In this document: positions 37,221 through 46,397 of the stretch, in pieces
How the letters are laid out: the number at the start of each line of letters is the position of its first letter
How positions within the stretch are numbered: the first letter of the stretch is position 1
Source: Candidatus Nomurabacteria bacterium
GTDB lineage: Bacteria > Patescibacteriota > Minisyncoccia > Phycocordibacterales > UBA9973
Assembly: GCA_023267215.1 (NCBI GenBank)
Contig: JAHFNS010000002.1
Location: forward strand, 256,892 to 320,891
Direction of reading: 5' to 3'
Length of the DNA: 64,000 nucleotides
Translations under genes and position numbers: made by a program
Notes under the pieces: generated by a model
Told to the model about the DNA's origin: nothing
What the model saw: only the letters and a program-made list of their open reading frames with translations
Database searches by the model: none

Positions 37221-38688
37221 AATTTTTTACACTTCTTGTTTTGGCTTTATATTTGGGGTGCTGTTACGCTCTTTTATTCCTGTAAATTTTTATACTTCGA
37301 TTTTAGTTGGAGTAATTTCTATTGCAATCTTTCTATTTTATACTTTTATTTCAGTTAACAGGTGGGGAATACTCGTAGGGATTTTTATTTTGGCTATGTC
37401 TTTTGGCGTTTTTAGATTTAATAGTGTTGATGTTCCTGCACCTCAAATTTTTGAGTCTTCTGTCGGGCAAAAAGTTGTTTTGTCTGGGGAGATTATAGAT
37501 GAACCGAGTATCGGAGAAAATAATCAGAAATTAACTGTAGAAATTTTGGCTCCCAATAAAAGCAAAACGAAGATTTTGTTATCAACAAATTTTGACCAAG
37601 AATTTAAATATGGTGATGAAATAAGTTTTAAAGGTACTTTGAAAAAACCAGATAATTTTACAACAGATCAAAACAAAGAATTTGATTATGTAAATTATTT
37701 GAGAAAAGATGGGATTTTTTATGTGATGACTTATCCGAAAATTGAAATTGTTTCAGAAGGGAATGGGAATAAAATAAAAAGTGTACTGTTTTATGTTAAA
37801 GATATTTTTTTATCCAAAATGAATTTGGCTATCAGAGAGCCTGAATCATTGCTCATGGGAGGGCTAATTTTAGGAGAGAAATCTTCTTTTGACCAAGCTT
37901 TAAGGCAGAGCTTTGTAGATACCGGCACGATACATATTGTTGCACTTTCTGGTTACAATGTGACGATCGTGGCTAATTGGATTATGAAAATTTTAGGTTC
38001 TTTTCCAAAAAGTATAGCGATTGGAGCTGGAATAATTACTATTTTACTTTTTATTTTAATGACCGGTGGATCTTCGACTGCCATCAGAGCGGGAATAATG
38101 GCGAGTCTTGCTCTCTTTGCTCGTCTGATAGGTAGAAACTATGACGTTGGAAGAGCATTGATTCTTGCAGGTGTTTTGATGGTTTTATTAAATCCATTTA
38201 TTTTAGTTTTTGATGTTTCTTTCCAACTTTCTTTTATTGCCACTATTGCTGTCATTTTTTTAGCGCCTAAACTAGAGAAATATTTTTTATGGATCACAAA
38301 AAGTTTTGAATTAAGAGATATTATTTCTGTTACCTGCGCAGCATATATTTTTGTTTTACCTTTTATTGTTTACAAAATGGGTAATCTTTCACTCGTGGCG
38401 TTACCTGCCAACACTTTGATTTTACCTCTCATTCCATTTACAATGATTTTAGGTTTTTTGACTGGTTTTGTTGGCCTTGTTTCATACACTCTTTCTGTGC
38501 CGCTGGGTTTATTTTCTTATTTTTTTCTTCATTATGAACTTTCCGTTATAAGTTTTTTTTCCAATATTCCTTTTGCCTCATTAACCATCCCAAACTTCCC
38601 ATTGATTTTAACAATAGCAATTTATATATATTTTATTTATAGACTTTTTGGCAGAAGTATCAAAAATTTTATTACTGAGCCTTTTTAA
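37210..38688 (+). CDS. comEC: ComEC competence channel (OB-fold plus Competence domain)
   Basis: G..HIVALSGYN, S..RA.IM, SFQLSF.A; many TM segments. Confidence 0.92.
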   Translation: MQDRIFYTSCFGFIFGVLLRSFIPVNFYTSILVGVISIAIFLFYTFISVNRWGILVGIFILAMSFGVFRFNSVDVPAPQIFESSVGQKVVLSGEIIDEPSIGENNQKLTVEILAPNKSKTKILLSTNFDQEFKYGDEISFKGTLKKPDNFTTDQNKEFDYVNYLRKDGIFYVMTYPKIEIVSEGNGNKIKSVLFYVKDIFLSKMNLAIREPESLLMGGLILGEKSSFDQALRQSFVDTGTIHIVALSGYNVTIVANWIMKILGSFPKSIAIGAGIITILLFILMTGGSSTAIRAGIMASLALFARLIGRNYDVGRALILAGVLMVLLNPFILVFDVSFQLSFIATIAVIFLAPKLEKYFLWITKSFELRDIISVTCAAYIFVLPFIVYKMGNLSLVALPANTLILPLIPFTMILGFLTGFVGLVSYTLSVPLGLFSYFFLHYELSVISFFSNIPFASLTIPNFPLILTIAIYIYFIYRLFGRSIKNFITEPF

Positions 38689-38741
38689 AATTCTCTTCAA
38701 CAACTTCCTCCACCGACGCTAGGGCTTTGGCGGACAGGCAA

Positions 38742-39338
38742 TTAAGATATTGACTCAACAAAGTTTTGTTCTATTTGTTCCCAGTTAATATTATCGAAGT
38801 AAGCTTCAATGTATTTTTTCTTTTCAGAGGTTGGGTAATCATAGATAAAAGCATGTTCCCACATATCAATACCGAGAATCCAATTTAAACCATTGAGTTG
38901 CCCCAAGTGTTGTTCATCCACCCAAGTAGCGACTAATTGTTCTGTCTTTTTATCCCAATACAATACTGCCCAACCTATGCCACGAGTCATAGCCAGAGCT
39001 TTGAAAGCAGTAAGCCAAATATCAAAAGAGGAGACCAGTTTTTCTATTGCTTTTTTGAATTGAGAATCAAATGGCAATGGTTTTGCTCCACCTTCCAAGG
39101 ATTCAAAATAATATTCATGGTTTCTCATTCCGTTGAATTCAAAGCCGAATCTTCTTTGCAATTCTCCTATGACGTAAGCATTTTTTTCAGCATCAGCCAT
39201 ATATTCTCCCATTTTCTCCCAAATTAAATTGGTGTGTTTCACATAGCCTGCATAAAGTTTCAAATGCTCTTCGATTGTTTTAGCCGATATTCCTTTTAAT
39301 TCGCCAATATTAAATTTTTTTTCTTCAAATTTTTGCAT
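38742..39338 (-). CDS. sod: Fe/Mn superoxide dismutase
   Basis: Ligand motifs EH..LY.GYV, NHEYY, G.GWA, DMWEHA. Confidence 0.9.
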   Translation of the reverse strand: MQKFEEKKFNIGELKGISAKTIEEHLKLYAGYVKHTNLIWEKMGEYMADAEKNAYVIGELQRRFGFEFNGMRNHEYYFESLEGGAKPLPFDSQFKKAIEKLVSSFDIWLTAFKALAMTRGIGWAVLYWDKKTEQLVATWVDEQHLGQLNGLNWILGIDMWEHAFIYDYPTSEKKKYIEAYFDNINWEQIEQNFVESIS

Positions 39339-39418
39339 ATTTTTTTGTGTTACTAATAAAAGAGGAAATTTATTAGATTAAATTATAATAGAGAAGATGA
39401 TCGTGTTAATATTATAGC

Positions 39419-40288
39419 ATGTTTAAGGAATACAAGAAATACTGGCTATTTTTCTTTGCCTGGTTACTTTTAATGGCAAATATTTTATTTTTTTACATTG
39501 ATTGGCAAGATTCACATAAAGGTTTTACTTTTGCAATGTTAGATGTAGGACAGGGTGACTCTCTTTTTATAGAATCTCCAACAGGTACACAAATATTAGT
39601 TGATGGTGGACCACCTAAAAAGATTTTAAATCAACTTTCTCGTGTAATGTCTCCTTTTGATCGCAAACTAGATGCATTTATTATTACTAACCCAGATGCA
39701 GATCATATTAGTGGGTTTTTAGATGTTTTGAAAACTTACAAAGTAGATAAAATATTTGAATCGGGGGCACTGACAGATTCCAAAACATATCAAAATTTAA
39801 AAAGTGAATTAGAAAAAAATAATGTTCAAAGTGTTTTAGCAAAAAGAGGGATGAAGTTGTATTTGGGTGGCGGAGTTGTGATAGATATTTTATTTCCTGA
39901 CCGAGACGTGTCATCTTGGGCAACGAATGACGGATCAATTGTAGCGAGACTTTCTTATGGTAATACTTCTATAATGCTTACAGGAGATGCAACTACCAAA
40001 ACAGAAAAAATAATTTTAGCAGAAAATAAAACAGCACTATTAAATAGTACTATTTTAAAGGTGGGACACCATGGTTCACGCACCTCTTCTTCCTTAGAGT
40101 TTACAAAAGCTATTGCTCCCATATATGCACTTATTTCAGATGGTAAAGATAACAAATATGGTCATCCACATCAAGAAACATTAAATATGCTCACTTCTTT
40201 AGGTGCACAAGTATTTCGAACTGATCTTTTAGGTACAATAGTTATGAAATCTGATGGTATAAATTCGAGGTTTTATTTTCAAAAGTAA
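39419..40288 (+). CDS. ComEC-type metallo-beta-lactamase (nuclease) domain protein
   Basis: LDVGQGD, VDGG, TNPDADH, LTGDA, KVGHHGS, YGHPH. Confidence 0.9.
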   Translation: MFKEYKKYWLFFFAWLLLMANILFFYIDWQDSHKGFTFAMLDVGQGDSLFIESPTGTQILVDGGPPKKILNQLSRVMSPFDRKLDAFIITNPDADHISGFLDVLKTYKVDKIFESGALTDSKTYQNLKSELEKNNVQSVLAKRGMKLYLGGGVVIDILFPDRDVSSWATNDGSIVARLSYGNTSIMLTGDATTKTEKIILAENKTALLNSTILKVGHHGSRTSSSLEFTKAIAPIYALISDGKDNKYGHPHQETLNMLTSLGAQVFRTDLLGTIVMKSDGINSRFYFQK

Positions 40289-40311
40289 AAATGATACAAT
40301 GAAAATACTTG

Positions 40312-40376
40312 TCCCGTTAGAAATTCAATAGACGGGGAAGATGGTCATATTATTAAAGTTAAAATTTCTAATGAGA
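40312..40376. repeat. Short inverted-repeat element in the glyA leader
   Basis: tcccgttagaaatt ... aatttctaatgaga. Confidence 0.55.
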
Positions 40377-41620
40377 TGAAAGACAAACAAATAGAGAAAT
40401 TAATAAAAGGAGAAGAAAAAAGACAAGCCGAAGGGTTGGAACTTATTCCTTCCGAGAATTATGTCTCAGAAGATGTTTTAAAGGCAAACGGTTCTGTATT
40501 TACTAACAAATATTCAGAAGGTTATCCAGGACGCAGATATTATGGCGGACAAGACTTTACCGATCAAGTAGAACGTTTAGCCATAGAACGTGTCTGTAAA
40601 TTATTTAAATGTAAATTTGCAAATGTACAACCGCATTCAGGAGCACCAGCCAACCTAGCCGTGTATTCTGCTCTTTTGAGCCCTGGTGATGTCGTGCTCG
40701 GTATGGATCTTTCTCATGGGGGACATTTGACTCATGGACATCCGATGACATTGCCTGCGAAGATTTATAAATTTGTCACATACAAAATGAAAAATCCTGA
40801 TACAGGGGAAATAGACTACGAAGATCTTCGTCGTGTTGCAAAAGAATTTAAACCGAAAATAATTTTGGCTGGTTTTTCTGCATATTCTCGCGCTCTTAAT
40901 TATAAAAAGTTTGTAGAGATTGCACACGAAGTCGGAGCCGTCACTATGGCAGACATGGCACACATCGCTGGGCTCATTGCGGCTGGCGTTCTTCGTAACC
41001 CATTTGATGATGGTTTTGATATTATCACTTCAACTACTCATAAAACTTTGAGAGGTCCTCGTGGAGGTATAATTCTCACCAGAGAGAATGAAGAAATTGC
41101 GAAAAAAATTGATAAAGCTATTTTCCCAGGTATACAAGGTGGTCCTCATATGCATACGATAGCCGCGAAGGCAGTCGCTTTCGGTGAAGCAATGACACCT
41201 AAATATAAAAAATATGCCGGACAGATTTTGAAAAATGCAAAAGCAATGGAATCTGTTTTTCATAAAAACAATATACGAATGATAGGAGGTGGTACTGATA
41301 ATCACCTTATTTTGGCTGATGTTTTCGGCTCTTTAGGAGTGACAGGTAAAGAAGCACAAACAGTTCTTGATGAAGTGGGCATTACCTTAAATATGAATGC
41401 TATTGCAGAGGATACAAGAAAGCCCATGGATCCATCTGGTATTCGTTTTGGTACTCCAGCTATCACCACAAGAGGATTTAAAGAAAAAGAATGTAAATAT
41501 GTTGCGGAACTTATGATAAAAGTTTTGAAGAATAAAGATAATAAAAAAATAAAAGAATCTATACATAAAGAAATAAAAAAACTTGCTAAAAAATTCCCAA
41601 TACCAAAGAAGTTTGTATAA
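40376..41620 (+). CDS. glyA: Serine hydroxymethyltransferase
   Basis: LIPSEN, NKYSEGYP..RYYGG, GGHLTHG, TTHKTLRGPRGG. Confidence 0.97.
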   Translation: MKDKQIEKLIKGEEKRQAEGLELIPSENYVSEDVLKANGSVFTNKYSEGYPGRRYYGGQDFTDQVERLAIERVCKLFKCKFANVQPHSGAPANLAVYSALLSPGDVVLGMDLSHGGHLTHGHPMTLPAKIYKFVTYKMKNPDTGEIDYEDLRRVAKEFKPKIILAGFSAYSRALNYKKFVEIAHEVGAVTMADMAHIAGLIAAGVLRNPFDDGFDIITSTTHKTLRGPRGGIILTRENEEIAKKIDKAIFPGIQGGPHMHTIAAKAVAFGEAMTPKYKKYAGQILKNAKAMESVFHKNNIRMIGGGTDNHLILADVFGSLGVTGKEAQTVLDEVGITLNMNAIAEDTRKPMDPSGIRFGTPAITTRGFKEKECKYVAELMIKVLKNKDNKKIKESIHKEIKKLAKKFPIPKKFV

Positions 41621-41632
41621 AAAAATAATAAA

Positions 41633-42040
41633 ATGGAACTACAAGTTGGTGTAAAAATTTTACTAAAAAATAAAGATGATAAATATCTTGTACTTTTTCG
41701 TTCCTTCAAAAGTAATCCCAAACCTCATAGAGAATATTGGGATATGCCTGGGGGGAGGATAAACACTGGCTCCTCTTTGATAGAAAATTTAAAAAGGGAA
41801 GTTATGGAAGAAACAGGGCTTGAGATTGAAGGTGAACCAGAATTAATTACTGCTCAAGATATTATGAAAGAACAACACGTCGTTCGTTTAGTTTATATTG
41901 GTTTTGGAAATGGAGAAGTAAAATTAAGCGAAGAACATTCCGAGTATAAATGGTTATCTTTTGAAGAACTTTCAAAATTAGAACCAATTGATTCTTATTT
42001 AAAGAAAATTTTAATATCCTTTTATAAAATATTAGAATAA
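41633..42040 (+). CDS. NUDIX hydrolase
   Basis: PGGR...G......LKREVMEETGL; LSEEH..YKW. Confidence 0.88.
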   Translation: MELQVGVKILLKNKDDKYLVLFRSFKSNPKPHREYWDMPGGRINTGSSLIENLKREVMEETGLEIEGEPELITAQDIMKEQHVVRLVYIGFGNGEVKLSEEHSEYKWLSFEELSKLEPIDSYLKKILISFYKILE

Positions 42041-42044
42041 TAAT

Positions 42045-42518
42045 ATGCCACACATTCACGAAAAAGTTGATTTTACAGTAGAAGTATTTATTGTCTATAA
42101 AGATAAAGTACTTCTACGCATGCACGATAAATTTAATACATGGCTTTCTATTGGAGGACATATAGAACTCGATGAAAACCCTGTCGAAGCTGCTATTCGT
42201 GAAGTTAGAGAAGAGGTTGGGCTTGAAATAGAACTTATTGGACCTAAGTTACCTACACCAGATGAAACTGATGGTGTAGATTATAGACATATTGTTGGTC
42301 CAAGATATATTGGGGAACATCATGTAAATAATGTTCATAGACATATAATACTTGTATACTTTGCTAAAGCTAAAAATGATATAGTTTCTGAATCAATAAT
42401 GGAACATGAACGAACTGAAACTCGTTGGGTGACAAAGGAGGAATTAAAAAATATGAAATTATTTCCTAATGTTTTGTCTTATGCAGAAGAAGCTCTAGAA
42501 GAATTGGGAGAAAAATAA
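42045..42518 (+). CDS. NUDIX hydrolase
   Basis: GGHIELDENPVEAAIREVREEVGL. Confidence 0.9.
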   Translation: MPHIHEKVDFTVEVFIVYKDKVLLRMHDKFNTWLSIGGHIELDENPVEAAIREVREEVGLEIELIGPKLPTPDETDGVDYRHIVGPRYIGEHHVNNVHRHIILVYFAKAKNDIVSESIMEHERTETRWVTKEELKNMKLFPNVLSYAEEALEELGEK

Positions 42519-42521
42519 TTT

Positions 42522-42860
42522 ATGAATTTAATAAATAAAATAATAAATATTGTTTTGAATATAATCCCAATTCTTATAATGATTTGGTTGATTCCTGTTA
42601 TTAAAGATGATTACTTACTTACTGTTGTGTATGTAGGTATTATTTTATTTTGTTTATTTATTAAAAAAGAAAGAGGAGACGTTTTTATATTTATTTTTGG
42701 ATTTTTTGCGATGATTTTATCTGAAATGATTTTTGTTAGTACTGGTGTTGAGACTTTTGTAAGAAATACCTTATTTGGGTTAATGCCATTATGGCTTCCG
42801 TTCCTTTGGGGCTATGGATTTGTGGTGATTAAAAGGGTATTAAAAATTTTAGAGATTTAG
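42522..42860 (+). CDS. Small membrane protein
   Basis: Four hydrophobic segments; P.WLPFLWG. Confidence 0.7.
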   Translation: MNLINKIINIVLNIIPILIMIWLIPVIKDDYLLTVVYVGIILFCLFIKKERGDVFIFIFGFFAMILSEMIFVSTGVETFVRNTLFGLMPLWLPFLWGYGFVVIKRVLKILEI

Positions 42861-42861
42861 T

Positions 42862-43449
42862 ATGGAAAACAAAATTGCTATTGATATAGTTTTACTTTTA
42901 TCAAATGAGACAAACGATATCATTTGTGATTTCAGCAAAAAAATAGTTACTCCAAAAGATTTAAAGCCATATGTGTTGGATAATATAAATTATATTCCAC
43001 ACATTTCTCTTTTAATGGGGGTTGTGACAAGCGACAAACTAAATTTAGTCAAAGAAAAAATTAAACCAATTTTAAATAAATATTTACCACTCGAAATAAC
43101 TTTTGACGGTTTAATAAAAAACAAATTTCCAGGACTTGAGATTAAAAAGACAAAAGAATTAGTTAATTTACAAAAAGACATAGCAGAAGCTATTCATTTA
43201 GATTATGATGCAACGAGAGATATGTTTTTTGATGCTGATATTTCAGATCAGGGGATAGAATGGATAAATAAATTTAGAGAAAATAATATTAATGACGGGA
43301 AATATAATATTCATATTACTCTTGGGTTAGGAGATATTGGTTCTTTAGACTTTAACTTACCTATTAAAACTACTATTAACACAGCAGCTGTTTGTCATAT
43401 TGGATATGGTTGTTCTTGTAGAAAAATTTTAGCTAAAATAGTTGTTTAA
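42862..43449 (+). CDS. 2H phosphoesterase (2'-5' RNA ligase-like)
   Basis: Two HxS/T motifs: PHISL and HITLG. Confidence 0.75.
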   Translation: MENKIAIDIVLLLSNETNDIICDFSKKIVTPKDLKPYVLDNINYIPHISLLMGVVTSDKLNLVKEKIKPILNKYLPLEITFDGLIKNKFPGLEIKKTKELVNLQKDIAEAIHLDYDATRDMFFDADISDQGIEWINKFRENNINDGKYNIHITLGLGDIGSLDFNLPIKTTINTAAVCHIGYGCSCRKILAKIVV

Positions 43450-43489
43450 GGAATTTTCAATTTAACTAAATTTCTGCTATATTTTCTAT

Positions 43490-44188
43490 ATGGCAAAAAA
43501 ATACAAAGGGAGACTAATCGTTATAGATGGCACAGACGGGAGTGGGAAGGCAACGCAGGTTGCTCTTTTAGCAAAGAAATTAAAGAAAGAAGGTAAAACG
43601 GTTAAAATTGTTGATTTTCCTGATTATTATTCTAACTTTTTTGGTAAATTTATTGGCCATTGTTTAACCGAGCAATATTATAATTTTGTTAAGGTTCATC
43701 CGAAAATAGCTTCAGTACTTTATGCCGCAGATCGTTTTGAGTCAAAAGAAAAAATAGAAGTTTGGCTTAAAAAAGGTTATATAATCATTGCAAATAGATA
43801 TGTTAGTGCAAACCAGATTCATCAAGGAGGCAAAATTGAAAACGTTAGGAAGCGACAAGTTTTTATAAAATGGTTGGATGAAATGGAATATGGTGTTTTT
43901 AAAATTCCGAGACCAGATGTAGTTTTTTACTTAAATCTTCCTTTGCCTTTCATCCTAAATTTGATAAAAGAACGTAATGAAAATAGTAAACGTTCATATG
44001 TGGGAAAAAAGAAAGATATTGTTGAAGGAGATATTGAATATCTGACGAATTCAAATAAGAGCGGTCTTTGGCTCGCAAAAACCCAGCCAGAGTTTATGAA
44101 AGTAGAATGTGTTTCAAAAAATGTTATACGTTCACGAGAAAATATTCACGAAGAAGTTTATAAAAAGGTAAAAAAAGTTTTAAGATAA
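43490..44188 (+). CDS. tmk: Thymidylate kinase
   Basis: DGTDGSGKATQ P-loop, LYAADR, NRY..AN..HQ. Confidence 0.92.
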   Translation: MAKKYKGRLIVIDGTDGSGKATQVALLAKKLKKEGKTVKIVDFPDYYSNFFGKFIGHCLTEQYYNFVKVHPKIASVLYAADRFESKEKIEVWLKKGYIIIANRYVSANQIHQGGKIENVRKRQVFIKWLDEMEYGVFKIPRPDVVFYLNLPLPFILNLIKERNENSKRSYVGKKKDIVEGDIEYLTNSNKSGLWLAKTQPEFMKVECVSKNVIRSRENIHEEVYKKVKKVLR

Positions 44189-44192
44189 AATC

Positions 44193-44618
44193 ATGCAATT
44201 AAAAGCTAAAAAATTAAATAAAGATGCGAAATTACCTACTCATGGTCATCCTGGGGATGCAAGTATTGATTTTTATTCTATAGACAAGGTAGTTTTCCCG
44301 CCTTTTGGCCAGCAAAGAGTTCCGACTGGTGTAGCCGTAGAAATTCCAGAAGGACACGTAGGTCTGATATGGGATAAATCAAGTATTTCTTTTAATTTTG
44401 GATTGAAAGTTATGGGAGGTGTCATAGATGCTGGTTTTAGAGGAGAATTAGTTATGAATCTTTTTAATACTAGAAATGAAGAAGTTGTATTAGAAAAAGG
44501 ACAGAAAGTCGCTCAAATGCTCATACAAAAATTTGAACACTGTGATATTCTTGAAGTAGACGAACTTTCAGAAACTGTAAGAGGAGAAGGCCGCGAAGGT
44601 TCAACTGGACTTTTTTAG
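44193..44618 (+). CDS. dut: dUTP diphosphatase
   Basis: GVIDAGFRGE, AQM, RGEGREGSTG. Confidence 0.93.
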   Translation: MQLKAKKLNKDAKLPTHGHPGDASIDFYSIDKVVFPPFGQQRVPTGVAVEIPEGHVGLIWDKSSISFNFGLKVMGGVIDAGFRGELVMNLFNTRNEEVVLEKGQKVAQMLIQKFEHCDILEVDELSETVRGEGREGSTGLF

Positions 44619-44625
44619 TATAGAT

Positions 44626-46365
44626 ATGAAAGAAAAAATAGAAAATTTAATAAAAGAAACACTAGAGAAACTGGATATTGAATACGGAAGTATTTCCCTT
44701 GAGCATCCAGCAGATTTGAAAATGGGAGATTATTCGACGAATGTGGCAATGACTCTCGCTAAGAATCTGAAGATGAATCCGAAAGATTTGGCAGATAAGA
44801 TAGTAGATTCTCTAAAGCAGGGCTTTAAAAATTCCCCAAAGCCCAGCTTTTTGGAAAAAATAGAAGCGAAAAATGGTTTTGTTAATTTTTATTTATCTCA
44901 GGAATTTTTTGTTGATTCTGTAAAAGAAATTTTAGAAAATAAAAATTTTGGACATAATAATTTTTTTATAAATAAAAAGGTAATGGTTGAATACACAGAC
45001 CCTAATCCTTTTAAACCTTTTCATATTGGGCATCTAATGACTAATGCAATAGGGGAATCTGTCTCACGAATCGTTGAATTTTCTGGAGCAAAAGCAATTC
45101 GCGCGAATTATCAAGGAGACGTTGGCCCACATGTAGCGAAAGCTATCTATGGCCTTTTGAAATTTAGTATGCCCGATGAAAATAAATCTATTCCCGAGAA
45201 GGCACGATATATAGGTGAGCTTTATGCAAAGGGTAGTGATGCTTATGAGACTGATGAAAATTCAAAAAAGGAAATAGATGATATAAATCAAAAAATTTAT
45301 GATAGAAGTGACGAAAGAATAAATGAGATTTATGATTGGGGAAGGAGAGTGACGCTTGAAGCATTTGAAGAAATTTATAAAATTCTTGGAACAAACTTTA
45401 ATTATTATTTTTTTGAAAGCCTTGTCGCCCCTATCGGAGAAAAAATAGTTAATGAAAACCTAAATAAAATTTTTGAAAAATCAGAAGGAGCAATAGTATT
45501 TAAAGCAGAAAAATATGACCCGAAACTTCACACCAGAGTTTTCATAAATTCCAAAGGACTTCCCACTTATGAGACTAAAGAATTGGGACTTTCCAAAGTG
45601 AAGTTTGAAAAAGAAAATCCTGACATCTCTATAGTGGTTACAGCTAATGAGCAGGGAGAGTATATGAAAGTAGTAGAACAGGCTCTTAAATTAATTAGTC
45701 CTTTATATGCTTCCAAAATGAAACATATTACTCACGGCATGATGCGTCTTGCTTCTGGCAAGATGTCTTCACGAAAAGGAAATGTGATTACTGGAGAATC
45801 TTTGTTGTTAGAATCTTGTGAGCAAATTTTAGAAAAGATAAAAGATAGGAATTTTACAGAAGAAGAAAAGAAACAAGTGAGTGAAGAAGTTGGGGTTGCT
45901 GCTCTCAAATATTCTATTCTAAAGCAAAATATTGGTGGAGATATTATTTATGATGCAGAAAAATCTATTTCTTTTGAAGGAGATTCTGGTCCATACTTAC
46001 AGTACTCATATGCACGAGCAAATTCTATTTTGGAAAAAGCAAAATTAGAAAATATTTTACCTGGATTTTTATTCTCAAAGTCGGGCTTTGAAGATTTAAA
46101 AAAGCCTGACTTTTGGGATATAGAAAAATTATTGTATAGATTCCCAGAAATTGTATATAGGTCGGGAGAAGAATTTGAGCCCCATTACATTGCAAATTAT
46201 TTGATAGAAATCGCTCGTGCATTTAATACCTATTATGGTAATACAAAAATAATAGATAAGAATGATCCAGAGTCTCCATATAAAATAGCTCTCACCTTGG
46301 CTTTCTCTTTGGTTATGAAAAATGGACTTTATCTTCTAGGTATAAAAGTCCCAGAAAGGATGTAG
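44626..46365 (+). CDS. argS: Arginine--tRNA ligase
   Basis: GDYSTN.A, PN.FKPFHIGH, KMSSRKG, GDSGPYLQY..AR. Confidence 0.96.
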   Translation: MKEKIENLIKETLEKLDIEYGSISLEHPADLKMGDYSTNVAMTLAKNLKMNPKDLADKIVDSLKQGFKNSPKPSFLEKIEAKNGFVNFYLSQEFFVDSVKEILENKNFGHNNFFINKKVMVEYTDPNPFKPFHIGHLMTNAIGESVSRIVEFSGAKAIRANYQGDVGPHVAKAIYGLLKFSMPDENKSIPEKARYIGELYAKGSDAYETDENSKKEIDDINQKIYDRSDERINEIYDWGRRVTLEAFEEIYKILGTNFNYYFFESLVAPIGEKIVNENLNKIFEKSEGAIVFKAEKYDPKLHTRVFINSKGLPTYETKELGLSKVKFEKENPDISIVVTANEQGEYMKVVEQALKLISPLYASKMKHITHGMMRLASGKMSSRKGNVITGESLLLESCEQILEKIKDRNFTEEEKKQVSEEVGVAALKYSILKQNIGGDIIYDAEKSISFEGDSGPYLQYSYARANSILEKAKLENILPGFLFSKSGFEDLKKPDFWDIEKLLYRFPEIVYRSGEEFEPHYIANYLIEIARAFNTYYGNTKIIDKNDPESPYKIALTLAFSLVMKNGLYLLGIKVPERM

Positions 46366-46397
46366 AAAAAAAAGGTTTTTTCTGCTAATATCTTAAT

